A stretch of 64,000 bases of DNA from Eledone cirrhosa (taxonomy: Eukaryota), in contig OZ024747.1 of the NCBI GenBank assembly GCA_964016885.1, forward strand, positions 64,666,001-64,730,000, given 5' to 3'. This document shows, in pieces, positions 42,025 through 54,959 of this stretch; position 1 is the first letter of the stretch, and every line of letters begins with the position of its first letter. The notes under the pieces are model-generated. The model did not search any database. It had not been told where the DNA came from and saw nothing but the letters and a program-made list of their open reading frames with translations. The position numbers and the translations under genes were made by a program.

Positions 42025-43059
42025 CATGCGGTTCTGTCTATACTGACTGACTCTGCTCTCGTATCGCCTAATTTTTGCACTCTTTGCTACGATGCGTTGC
42101 TTCAGTTCCTCTATGATAATATTTAGCTTTTTCGTCCTAGTTTTGTACTTTATTTCCAGTCTATTTTTAGTGTCTATGTTTTTTAGTGTCCCATTCAGTA
42201 GGGACTCAAGCTTTCCAATGTAATTTCTCATTTCCCTGATTTGACCACTCAGTCGTTTCTTCCACCAAGGCTCTGATCTTTCTTGCTTGTTGTTTCCTCT
42301 CGCTTTTATACCAAGTAATTTCCTCACTGTATTTGCTGTTGCTTTGAGGATACTGTTGCACTGGTGAAGGCTCCTCGCCTCAAGGTATGGGATGACTTTG
42401 TTTACCTTAGTTGTTGTTTCTTTTAACTTTTTCCTGTCTACAAATCTTAGGTTCATAGGTTTCCCACTATCATTGTTCAATTCATCTACCACTGAGTTTA
42501 GCATATCAACCAAATCTTGTCCTAGCCCGTCAGCATTCATCTCCTCAATGGCCGTATCTTTGTTCCAGGTATTATTTATTTCAGCATTCAGATCATTGTC
42601 TGCTTCGGATGGTTCCTCCGTTCTCTCAACCTCTTCACCTTCATTTCCCACTGACTCGTTTGCCTGGCATACTCCACTCTCCATTTTCAAGCTAATCTCT
42701 CTGCTCAGTTCCTCCAGTTCCAGCTCGCTTATCCACCCATTAGTTCTTATTACTCGAGCCTGCCCGGCCGATTTTTGTTCATCTAATTTAAATAGACCAA
42801 TCTCGTTCCAGATGTTATGCATCCGTTTCCTATAGCCTTTCTCCTTGGGGTTACTCTTCAGGTAACATTGCATAACAGTTCTATCCAATTCTTTCGTCCA
42901 GTTGGTTCTGGTCCCTTTCCTTCTTCCTCCAACACCAGCAGTATTTGGTTGAGAGCCAGGTCCCTGCTGCTGAGCCAGGGAACACCTGCTGAGTGAGAGT
43001 CTGTCACATGACATTCTAGTCTCCACTTCACCGTTATTCGAACTGTTTAGGTTCGACAT
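42025..43059 (-). pseudogene. R4/Dong-type LINE ORF N-terminal region, 3'-truncated (putative 5'UTR to ~43165)
   Basis: WTKELDRTVMQCY..GYRKRMHNIW, PWWKKRL and LKQRIVAKSAKIRRY..QNRM motifs. The open frame then runs into an unrelated inverted repeat. Confidence 0.85.
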
Positions 43060-43441
43060 TTAAACACTCTTATCGAAGATTGGTGAATGTATGATTACAT
43101 AACCACCGGTGCTTTCGTCACTCCCGGTGGTTTTGTGTGGCACTATCACGCTGTAGACGAACATAAATAAACAAACAAACAAACAGGCAAAAAAAAAAAA
43201 AAAAGAATAAGCATAAGTTTCATTGTAATGTAATGTTTGAATGTCTGACTTAGTTTTTCCCTTCCCTTCTCTGTCCTTCTGTTTGTTTTTCTTTTGATTT
43301 TTCTTTTCTTTACGTTTTTCGTTGTTGCTGTGCTGCTTTGATATTGAATTTTTTTTTTTGATTTTTTGACCGGGTCATCAAATCAGTCTATTTATATTTA
43401 TATATTTTGATGCCTTCCTCTTTTAGTGGGGACACTACGAT

Positions 43442-43592
43442 GTAGCAGGAGGTAGTGGGAGAGAATAGCGGCGGTAGTGATAATGAGGCAGTGGTGGTGG
43501 TGGTGGTGGTGGTGGTGCTGTGCTAGTAGTACCTAGCAGGAGGTAGTGGGAGAGAATAGCGGAGGTAGCGATAATGAGGCAGTGGTGGTGGT
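43442..43592. repeat. ~60-bp direct repeat x2 with (GGT)n
   Basis: tagcaggaggtagtggggagagaatagcgg..gataatgaggcagtggtggtgg occurs twice. Confidence 0.9.
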
Positions 43593-44518
43593 GATGGGAT
43601 CGTAGTACTGTAGTGATGGTGTTTTGAAGTTGAAGTAGAAATAGAAGTTGAGGTAACTTGACTAGAGTTTTTAGCGTGGTAGTGGTGGTGGTGTTGGTGG
43701 TGAAATTATCTTCTCTGTCTACTTAGCCATTTAGCTATTTAGCTATTTAGTCATTTTGCCATTCTCCTCCTTTTCGACTCTAACATTCCTGATCCAAAAT
43801 TAAATATTTATATTGTTTATTAATAGTGTCTAGTGATACCGCCACCTTCCCCTTTCGTAAGTTAACAGAAGGTAATGGGGGAATAGTGGTGGTAGCAATG
43901 TTGATGGGATAGTGGTAGCAATGATGGATGGAGTGGTGGCGGCAGTGACTATAGTGATGGCGTTGTCGTTACTGAGTTTTGTTGAATAGACTGTAGTTTG
44001 TTTGATCGGCGTATCTATGCGGTTAGTCGCGTATGTTTAATATATGTGTTGACATATTTTCTTAATATTGGAATTAAACATTTTGTGAAAACTTGAGACA
44101 ATAATAATAGTAATTATTATTATTATGCTGGGATTGGTGGTGGTGGTGGTGGTGAAATTGCCATTATCTGGCTGTTGTATTTAGTGTCAACAGAGCGGTG
44201 ATGGGATAGGTGCTGTATCTAGTTTGTGGTGTTGGTGAAATTGCTGTTATTTGCCTGTTCTATATAGTGTAGGCAGAGGGGGTTTTCTTCCATTTATAAC
44301 CATTTCTTTTTTGAATATAAAATGTATAATACAAAATTAAATATTTGAGTGATATAACAGAATATTATGGATCCGAATTTTCTGATAGTTGAGTCTGGTG
44401 CTTTATGTATCATTTGTACTAAGAATTGTTATTTCACAATTGATTTAAATATGTTAAAAATCAAAAACTTACGGGAGCGATTTCATGACCTTCTATCCAC
44501 CACGTGTCTTCTTCCCTA

Positions 44519-44551
<33 letters not shown>

Positions 44552-44560
44552 TGTTATTAC

Positions 44561-44821
44561 TCTTTGAGTCTCAGTCATTGATGTTAGTTAACTGGAAAGT
44601 TTGTTGAAATGAATATCAAACCATTACCTGCAGCCTCAGATATTCAAGACGTATCGGAGGGTCCTTGCTGTTCCCAGCAAGCATGCCTTTTGAAGCGTTC
44701 CAAAAAGCGTGAAGGGGCCAATTTTCTTTAACTATCCCTGGAAACTTTGTGAGATAGTCCCTAGTACGCCTATGACAATCGGGATCACTTTGACTTCATG
44801 GCAATTCCAAATCCTTTTTAC
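44561..44821 (-). mobile_element. R4/Dong family A 3'-terminal fragment
   Basis: Matches 32804-33064; (TTA)n on both sides. Confidence 0.9.
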
Positions 44822-44831
44822 ATGATTATTA

Positions 44832-44879
<48 letters not shown>

Positions 44880-44880
<1 letters not shown>

Positions 44881-45188
44881 GTTGCATTTATCTTGCTTTA
44901 TGTTCATACGAGTTATCACCAAGTCACAACCAGTGACCTCAAGAGACAACAAGGTCCGCCATGTTCAAGAAAGAACATACATACTCACACATGCATCTTT
45001 AGTGTTTAGACTTGTGATGTACTTATATTGACAGAATCTTCCTTAGTATATGGGCAGTTCCCATTAGTACTATCTTTTGTATTTCTCCTATACGCGGGTT
45101 TCCTGGGATTTGCGATAAGTAATCATTAGACCCCTTAGGTATCATTCCCAGAGCGCCTACAACCACTGGCATTGTTTTAGTTCTCAAT
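44880..45188 (-). mobile_element. R4/Dong family B 3'-terminal fragment
   Basis: Near-identical to 45218-45526; (TTA)n on both sides. Confidence 0.92.
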
Positions 45189-45217
45189 ATTATTATTATT
45201 ATTATTATTATTATTAC

Positions 45218-46468
45218 AGTTGCATTTATCTTGCTTTATGTTCATACGAGTTATCACCAAGTCACAACCAGTGACCTCAAGAGACAACAAGGTCCGCCAT
45301 GTTCAAGAAAGAACATACATATTCACACATGCATCTTTAGTGTTTAGACTTGTGATGTACTTATATTGACAGAATCTTCCTTAGTATATGGGCAGTTCCC
45401 ATTAGTACTATCTTTTGGATTTCTCCTATACGCGGGTTTCCTGGGATTTGCGATATGTAATCATTAGATCCCTTAGGTATCATTCCCAGAGCGCCTACAA
45501 CCACTGGTATTGTTTTAGTTCTCAATTTCCACATTTTTCCAATTTCTATCTCCAGGTCCTTATACTTGCTCAATTTTTCAAATGTTTTTATAGATACATT
45601 CTTGTCTATTGGAACAGACATATCAATTAGCAGGCGTACCCTCTTTTGAAAGTCTTTCAATATTATATCAGGTCTGTTTGCATCTATTTTTCGGTCTGTT
45701 TGGATGCTAAAGTTCCACAAGATTGAGATGTGATCTTTTTCAAATATGGGAGGTGGTTGATGCTCCCACCAATTCTTTTGATGGGGCAGGTCAAAATGCT
45801 TACACATTATCCAATGTATGTATTGTGCAGCTCTGTCATGCCTGTTTAGGTATTCGGTTGGAGCTATAGGATTGCACATTGAAATTATATGGTCAATGGT
45901 CTCTGGTTGTTTTTTGCATACACGGCATAATGGGCTGCACCCATTTTTTATTATGTTGGCTTGGTAATTTTTTGTTGGCAGACACTGATCTTGTGCCGAT
46001 ATAATCAGTCCTTCAGTCTCCGATTTCAGTCCAGAGGATGCCAACCACTGATGGGTTAAAGTTTTGTCAACATCAGGATTGTTAGCTCGCTCTGGGTATT
46101 TTCCATACAGAGGCTTTTCTTGCCATTTCTTAGCCAGTTTCTGTAGCAGTTCTTTCTTTGCAGTTACTTTTACCTGCTTTGCTTTTTCTGTTTTCCATTT
46201 CAGCAGTAAATGGGACTTCTGAAATTTGTAGTCCATTACTGTATCTCTGTGCATCTTTTGTAATGGAATATGATCTTTTGATGCTTTCGTGTTTCAAAAC
46301 GAGTTTGATCATCCAATCATGTGATTCCCTTAGATATGTAGATAATCCAATTGTTGCAGTTTTCAACGCAATGTCTAACTGGATTAACCCACGTCCTCCT
46401 TCTTTCCTAGGGAGATATATTCTATCTATATCTGCTTTAGGGTGATGCATTCTGTGCATGGTTAAGAA
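45218..46468 (-). mobile_element. R4/Dong family B 5'-truncated copy (post-RT, CCHC, RLE)
   Basis: HPKADIDRIYLPRKEGGRGL, CRVC..ETIDHIISMC, RHD and NRPDII..IDMSVP..EKLSKY motifs. One frameshift. (TTA)n on both sides. Confidence 0.93.
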
Positions 46469-47281
46469 TTATTATTATTATTATTATTATTATTTTTACT
46501 ATTATTATTATTCTGCCTTCTTCTTTACCCACTTGTTCCTGAGCGCGTAGGAATGTCAGAAGCAACCGTCTTCGACTTATCCGTCTGGATCACCAAGCGA
46601 GACCAATCTTTGATTAATTCTATTCCATACAAAAATAACATGTTAGCATGTGAAACGGTACCTGTTAATGAAGTGTTGTTTCCGTTTGAACGATATGTAG
46701 GTTTATTTTATTTATAGACACTGCAAGGGAAATCCGCTCCATCCATTGAATCGTTTTAATGCGTCTTATCATATGCAGAGCGGATATAACGTTGTTGTTT
46801 GTTCAGTTGACAGAGAAGAACAGTTGTATGTTTTCCATTGGAATTGAATATTTTTATTCGTTTTAGGCATATTGAATGATTTTTATGTTTAAACGTATTT
46901 TATTTGTATTAAAAAGATCAGATTTATAGTGAGAAATGTTCATCATTTTTTAAGAAGAGCTATGAAATTGTAGATGATGCATAATGGATTGGTCATACAC
47001 GGAAATATGATATTTTCTTCATGAACATAACGACTCCATTAACAAGCGTTACTTGCCTTGCTCATATAATACTAAATATATCAACATATCACGTATTTTT
47101 GGATACGTTAAGGCTAATTCAAATGGATTATTTGCCAGCCAATCAAATCTCTATGTAATATTCACCAATTGCATTACGATAAGATTTCGGAGTGATTGCC
47201 AAACCTCATTAATCATTTATACAATCAAAGACAAGATTCCAGGGCTTTATGTTTTTAGGAGCTACATACACTTTATTTTGA

Positions 47282-47423
47282 ATCTATACATTTATATATG
47301 TGCACACAAAATATATTTGCACACACACACACTACAGTCGAAGCCAACAATTTAAACTGCTAACACCACTGTTGGTCAACACTAACATCTATACATTTAT
47401 ATATGTGCACACAAAATATATTT

Positions 47424-47485
<62 letters not shown>

Positions 47486-47540
47486 TACAGTCGAAGCCAA
47501 CAATTTAAACTGCTACCACCACTGTTGGCCAACACTAACA
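47282..47540. repeat. Local tandem duplication with differential (CA)n expansion
   Basis: atctatacatttatatatgtgcacacaaaatatatttg(ca)n ctacagtcgaagccaacaatttaaactgcta occurs twice. Confidence 0.9.
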
Positions 47541-47636
47541 GAGAACGAAAGAAAACTACGGACAAAAATATTAACTATCCTCCCTCAATATGTATGTAAA
47601 AACTAAGAATTTGTTTTCTCCATGTTATTATTATTA

Positions 47637-47713
47637 GGGGGTCGATAAAATAAAGTACCAGTAATGCACTGGGTTATTCCTGGCCTTGTGCCTAAAGTAG
47701 AAACAATTATTAT
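47637..47713 (+). mobile_element. 5'-truncated SINE in an (ATT)n context
   Basis: ggggtcgataaaataaagtaccag...gtagaaacaattattatt. Confidence 0.85.
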
Positions 47714-47933
47714 TCGTATTTATATGCAAATTAACTGAACTATACATTTCCGTCGTTGAAAAAGCATATAATGATGAAACCGTTACACAATTTAATGCGG
47801 AAATCTCTACTTTGTAAATAAATGTTTTGTTATCCCGAAAAAAGTCCCTCTAGCATTTCCTACTGTATTTTTTTCCTTTTTCCTATTTGTTTCTTTATAT
47901 AAACTCGTGTGTAGCATCTCTGTATTCCATATA

Positions 47934-48003
47934 TATAACGGAGTTTTAAACAAAATAAACCTGACTCAACTGAATATGGCCGCCGATCTTTTATGAATAT
48001 AAA

Positions 48004-48041
<38 letters not shown>

Positions 48042-48087
48042 TTTATTAATAATATATATATATAGAAATATATATATAGCTTTTATA

Positions 48088-48121
<34 letters not shown>

Positions 48122-48133
48122 CTTTTATAAATA

Positions 48134-48164
<31 letters not shown>

Positions 48165-48199
48165 GCTTTTATTAATAATATATATATCTATCTTTTATT

Positions 48200-48234
<35 letters not shown>

Positions 48235-48617
48235 TTTCTTAGCTCCAAAGAAATACGGGTTTAGGAAGCCGTAGCTATGCAAACACCGGGGAGCTAACGC
48301 CCGCTGGTGATGTCCACCATTTACACATACAAGAAATGGTGATGTCACCTCATTTACACAGAAGAGAAAAGTATATATTCTCGCCTGTCTTCTAGTCCAG
48401 CAGTCGCAAGCGGTGGGAGGGACCGTCCTGACGATGGCCAGTTAAGCCTGAAATACATAGACGGTTGTCCCCCTTGCTTCTGCTGGACATCACCAGAAGG
48501 CGTTACTCCTCAGGTGTTTGAATAGCTACGACTTCCTAAAACAGTATTTCTTTGGACATACGTTTCTCGGACTATTTTTACTTGAGTCAGGTTTATTTTA
48601 ATTAAAACTCCGTTATA
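47934..48617. mobile_element. Fold-back MITE with long TIRs; left arm interrupted by a TA-rich expansion
   Basis: tataacggagttttaa..aaaataaacctgactcaa pairs with ttgagtcaggtttatttt..ttaaaactccgttata. Inner arms 48244-48316 and 48484-48557. Confidence 0.82.
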
Positions 48618-49316
48618 CATATTTCACTAAGGACTATCAATTATGGTAGCCTAAGTCTTCAGACGGCAAAACGTAAAATAAACATAGAAAGTTCTTAAGA
48701 AGACTTTAAAATTTGGGACATCTAAGAATGTTGCCGAAAAAAGATTTTCTTTTTATGACATGTTTCCATATAATCATATATACAATATATAATACATATA
48801 TGTATTCGTCTTGGGTTCGACGTAATTTCACCATATGCTCCTCTACAAGATACTGGAGACATTGACTGCATATTGATTTATCTACCATATTTATTCTATA
48901 TTTCCCTTACAATGGTGAGACTACAACTGTAATGGGTACCTGAGTCTTATGTGGTTTAATCATGATCGATAGTTTGTCTTCGATGATCGATTATATTAAC
49001 TGATTTTTTTCGATAATTGATTACAAAGATTGATTTTTAGCCACACTTGCAGGTACTAAATAGTGTTATAAGGTTTCACTTACGGTTCCACCTGTGTACA
49101 TATTCTTACAATATACCGTGTTTCATATACGATATATGGCTCTTTCTCTATATATATAGACATATATCTTTTCATTTGGTTATTATGTCTCTAAATAAAG
49201 TCTATTGAGCTTACTTATTGAACGACACTAAATTGTAAATACAATTTATAAGTTTTGATTCATTATATATATAATATATATAACATATATATATATTATA
49301 TCCTATAAATATAAAT

Positions 49317-49385
<69 letters not shown>

Positions 49386-49450
49386 ATAAAAATATACATT
49401 CAGCGAGAATCGCATTTCGGCGGGTAGAAAAAGCTAAACGCAAAGCATAT

Positions 49451-49535
<85 letters not shown>

Positions 49536-49613
49536 TATATATAAATATATATATATAATATAAATATATATAATATATATAATACATGCATATATATATA
49601 TATATATACATGT

Positions 49614-49751
<138 letters not shown>

Positions 49752-50760
49752 CATATAAATATATATAATATATATAATACACGTAAATATATATATATAT
49801 ATACATGTATTATATATATATATATATTTATATGATATATATATAATATCATATAAATATATATAATCTTTATATTAATGACAACAATGTCAGTATTCCG
49901 TGTGTCATAATTCTCGATTATCATTGGTTCATAAGTTTCAAACGACCCCGTCCACCTCAACGACGCCAAACTTAAATTAATATGCATAATGCCAATGAGA
50001 GGGGAGAGTAAGAAACAGAGAGGCAAAGTGCTGGATACAATATGTATATGTGTCAGTGTAGAGACATGTGTGTGATGTGTGTGGAAATAAGAAGGGCAGG
50101 AAAGCAATAACTATTAACATGTGTGCCTGTGTATGTACGTGCGCGTATGTTTAACATATATGTGTGCCTGTGTGTGTGCGTGCGTGCAGCGTTCCAGAGA
50201 AAGTAAAAACTATAAACATGTGTGAGTGTGTGCGTGTGTGTAAGTGCACAGTGCGTGTGTAAGTTTGCGTGCGTCGCTTCTGATTGCGGTGGTAATAAAA
50301 CCTCATTATATGCAACAAAAATGTTGGATCCTATAGCCGGCCAGGGCTAGAGTAATATTGAAAAACGATTCTATTTTCGATGTAGCAGGATCCGCCATTT
50401 GGAGTGCAGGTCAGGCCACCTTGACAACATTGACTGTCTATTACTCAGTGGCTAAGAGTCTGGAAATTACTGAATAAATTTTTGTGTCATATAATTTGTT
50501 GTTTTATCATTATAGCTGACCGCTAAGCATGTTATCCATATCCATATTAATTTGGCATTTGTATAAACCATTTCAAGTAAATAGGGACCTTTTTTACATT
50601 GACGGACATCTTTTATATTAATTATCTATATCTATACCTACATATAATATAAAAGATTAGAACTTCCATCATCCTTTTGAGAAACGTGGAACAAACACGT
50701 CTATGCAATGATACAAGTGTTACAGTCAGGCAGAAGATGAGCCATCTCCTAGTTTATATA

Positions 50761-50833
<73 letters not shown>

Positions 50834-50881
50834 CATATAAATATATATAATATATATAATACATGTATATATATATAGTGA

Positions 50882-50953
<72 letters not shown>

Positions 50954-51136
50954 TGCATAGATAGATGTACTATATGTGTATGCAAGTGTGCTGTAATTCA
51001 ATTTGTTATAAATGTAGCTATATCATGAATGGTAATCAGACCTTTTACATATGAGATATTTTTTATATAAAACATTTGCTTTTCTATCAGAAATTGTATT
51101 TCATATTTAAAAGGTTTGATTTACCTTTAAATTACA

Positions 51137-51167
<31 letters not shown>

Positions 51168-52625
51168 TGCGCGCGCGCGCAGATCTTTCTTGCGAATACA
51201 TCTTCTCATTTTCTTCTCTTTATTTAGATATTTCTCTTAAAATAGAAAAAAATATTTATCTTCAAACTTTCAGCGAATACATTTCAATAGGTTGAATATA
51301 AACGATAACATCAAATGTATACAATAGTAAGAGGAAATGTATTGTAATCGAGCGTCATCAAACATTTAATATACAAAGAGTGTTCGTTTCGAAAATAAAC
51401 CCAACAAAACAATATAATGATAATTCAGTATGTTTATGTCTATAATATATAAAAGATATTTGTTCCACTCGACGCGCCGACAGTTTCTTTATTTGTAATA
51501 GTTTTTTATGTATATATATATAGTGATTCCCAATGTCTTATAATTTATCACTGAACACAGAATCTGAATTTAAAATGACGTTTGTAGAATTTAAAAGAAA
51601 CAATTGGTTAGACGATGAAACACCAACAAATAATAATAAATAGATATTAAAAAGAAACTGCACACATTATATATGTTTAGACAGTTGCTGACGTTATGTC
51701 AGATATACTTTCCTTGTACTCAGATAAAAAAAAAACTTTAATTGGGTAGGGATTTATATAAATCAATGACAGTATTGGAATTGATTCAAATGTAATTGTC
51801 TGCAGGTTTCGTGTGTAGTCATGGCGAAGCTAAATTGAAAAAGAAAAGAATGTCTGACTGTGGGATATAATGTAATGATTACTACAAATAGTGTACGGAA
51901 TGACTTAGTGAATCTCGCTGCAATGAAAACTTACAAAATAGTATTCAAATGAATCAGAGAAAGAAGAAGGAGATTTCCAAATACTGAACAATATTACTAA
52001 AAGGAATTTGATTAAAGAAGGAACTAGAAATTAGAAGTAAATATTAATGCAGAACATACGGCATAACTGATTTTATGAAAATACGAATCTCTGTGAATTG
52101 CTGTTCAATTCTAGACGGAAAATCATTATATTGATAGATACTGTACCTGTATGAATAATTGAGAGATAAAGGTATAAAGTTGTCAATACACCCCCCACCC
52201 CACACATACACACTATGAAGATCAATGTGACCTGAAGTTTTATGAAAAGATGTGCCCATGAGTGGAGATGTAATATAATACTATATGAAATAGGGTGAAG
52301 ATCGTTGAAATACAGAAAAATGTTGCCATCGCGCATTACATATATATGTGTGTGTGTATGTGTGTATGTGTGTGTGTGTGTGTGCCAGAATTCAGTTCTT
52401 CGTTGCAAAGATACTGTAATGTTGGGCCTCATTGCAAATCTTTATCGTATATACAGTTTAAAACAACATTGGAGTTTTTGTAATAATATTTCTTTAGCAC
52501 TAAAATAGTAAGAAAATTATGATCCATGATGCACAGGCAGAGAAGTAAGGAGGAGAAAACATCTTTCACGGTCTCACACCACTAACTTACAGTCTCAATC
52601 CAACATTGCATTCAATATGTAATTT

Positions 52626-52916
52626 CAGGGTCGGATTTAGACCTTGAGGGGACCGAGGCACTTCCGGTGGTGGGTGAGGGGCTGGGTTGGGCTCATACAC
52701 AACATATTAGAATACACAGCAAACCCCACAATTTTACATATCAAGGTTAGCTTGGCGGAAATAATTGGAATTGAAAAGTTAAGCATACAGGTAAATTCAA
52801 TAATTCTAACCACCCTAAAACTGAAATGCCCAGCTGAGGGCTCAAATAAATTGCTACGGCCGTCGCTGGTGAGCACTTACACACACGCACACACTCACAC
52901 ATTAAATCCAGCCCTG
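52626..52916. mobile_element. hAT-like MITE
   Basis: TIRs CAGGGTCGGATTTA / TAAATCCAGCCCTG. Confidence 0.7.
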
Positions 52917-53470
52917 CTCACCACTATCTTACTGTCTCAATCCAACATTCAATATGTAATTCATTTTATTATATGAATATTTCTGATTGCCTCCCTTATA
53001 TATTATACTAGATATTACTAATCTAGAAAATTGATTTTTCACATTGGTGAAGCTAATGTTTCGTTAAATGAAATTTACTTGGTTTACTAAAATCAAGCAG
53101 ATGAGTAGTTAGGTTACTGCAAATGATATTCTATGGTTATGTGTAATATAAAGATTGAAGGTAAACAACGAATACGGACATATATTGAGATTGACACAAT
53201 ACCCGAGGGGATAAAATCGATATATACATATATATAGTATTTGTAAGTGTGTGTGCGTGTATATATATATATAGATATATGTGGGGGGGGGTATGTATGT
53301 ATGTGTGGGTGGGTGTATATAATATATATATATATATGTATAAATATACACTCACACGTATATATATATCTATATATATATATATTGCCTGATTATATAA
53401 TCGACATATAAGTCTTTAGATTGATAGATCGATTGTTTGATAGACAGACATAGACGGAAATACATACATA

Positions 53471-53532
<62 letters not shown>

Positions 53533-53606
53533 CAGAGGGATAGGTAGTCCCATAGATAGAGTAAAAGAGATACAGAGATAGAGCGCGCGAGACAGACAGC
53601 ACGGTC

Positions 53607-53607
<1 letters not shown>

Positions 53608-53654
<47 letters not shown>
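53608..53654. repeat. (GATA)n target tract
   Basis: Seen directly. Further tracts at 54701-54729 and 60430-60488. Confidence 0.97.
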
Positions 53655-54699
53655 TGTTTCTTTTATTTGCCACAAGGGCATCAAAAGTGGGACAAGTACA
53701 ATGGGGGGAGTTTACAAAACAAGGCGTCCTCAATAGGGAGGAGGCAATAACAATATATAAAAATAAATAAAATATAACAAAAAATAGAATTATAACAAAA
53801 TCCTCAATAGAGGATTTTGTTATAAAATATAACAAAAAATAAAATTTATAACAAAATCCTCAATAGAGAGGAGGCGCCTTGGGGGGTCGCACACACCCCC
53901 GAAAAAAAGTGTGCAACCCTTTTCCTCAGGAGCACAGAGAGGGGGTGCTCCCTCGTTCCTTCCTCTTTTCCACCTACAGGCTCATGTAAAGAGAAGGCCC
54001 ATTCATACGGGCCATTCTCGCCACTTTCACCCACCTTTCATAAAAACGACTGGGGTGCAGCACCTCTCTCTCCATCCTGATCCTTCTTCCGAAATGATAT
54101 CGGAAGAAACGGACCAGTTGTTGGCCAGAGAGAAAGGTGCCTGACCTCAGTCCTTTCAGACGCGTCCACCATACAACCTCTTTCGCCATGGCTATTACGC
54201 ACAGAAACACCGCCTCTGCTTCATCTTTGAAGGGAGGAGGTGGCTTGATCATTACAATAGACTCGGTGGTCAACCGGATCGGTCCCACCCTTAACAGCAG
54301 TTGTTCGACATAGCCCCACAGATCGGCTACGCCCGAGCAGTGTACCAATGCGTGTGCAACGGTTTCCTCGTCGCACACGCATCTGGGACAGATCTTTTTG
54401 GCGGGGTCCCTACCCGGGCGCCCGTGTCTGTAGAGCCTTTCTCGAACGGGTAAAGCTCCTCGGTAGCACTGCCAGGCCAGGGACTTCTGGAAGTTGTCCA
54501 TAGGTCCCGGGCTGAATGTCCTACCGAACAGGCTGGCCAGTTCGTCCTCCTCCATGTCTAGGGCTTCTCCGAGGGCGTCGTCGCACCTGCTGCGTACCAG
54601 CCCTCTATAGAATGTTGCGGTGGAGTCTCCACTGATAACCGGATCCGCCTGCCAGAGGGCGGTGAGCGCCTGGGCACACTCAGTGTGCCAGGCGTCCAG

Positions 54700-54700
<1 letters not shown>
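53655..54700 (-). mobile_element. Tx1-clade LINE, 5'-truncated copy (ORF2 C-terminus + 3'UTR)
   Basis: ORF 53974-54555 is homologous to the ORF2 end (CPRC..EETVAHALVHC). (GATA)n on both sides. Confidence 0.95.
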
Positions 54701-54730
<30 letters not shown>

Positions 54731-54959
54731 ATTTCTATTTATTTGCCACGAGGGGACAAAAGAAGGGGACAAATACACAGTGGGGGAGTTTACATAAATC
54801 GAGTAAAGAAAAAGGAATAACAATAATAATATAATAATAAAAAGTCCTCAAAAGGGAGGGGCGTGTTCGGGATTGCACATACCCCCGAAAAGTGTGCAAC
54901 CCTTTTCGCGGGGGAAGCCCAGAGAGGAGGCGCTCCCCCTTTCCTCTTCACTTCTTCAC

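Larger units (their letters stand above)
41577..42027. repeat. ~235-bp tandem unit x2 plus a partial inverted copy, carrying a variant hammerhead
   Basis: 41577-41723 matches 41812-41962. 41960-42027 is the reverse complement of ~41836-41904. Confidence 0.9.

Noticed and set aside
42930-43165. HDV-like ribozyme at the R4/Dong 5' end
   Set aside because: Hairpins exist (accaccgg/ccggtggt; cagcag/ctgctg), but I could not assemble P1, P1.1 and P3. A descriptor search is needed.
50270-50460. Unique, more GC-rich patch with ccgccattt, a possible promoter or exon (similar patches near 9800, 14850 and 38600)
   Set aside because: No recognisable ORF or splice-consistent exon; cannot be supported without RNA data.
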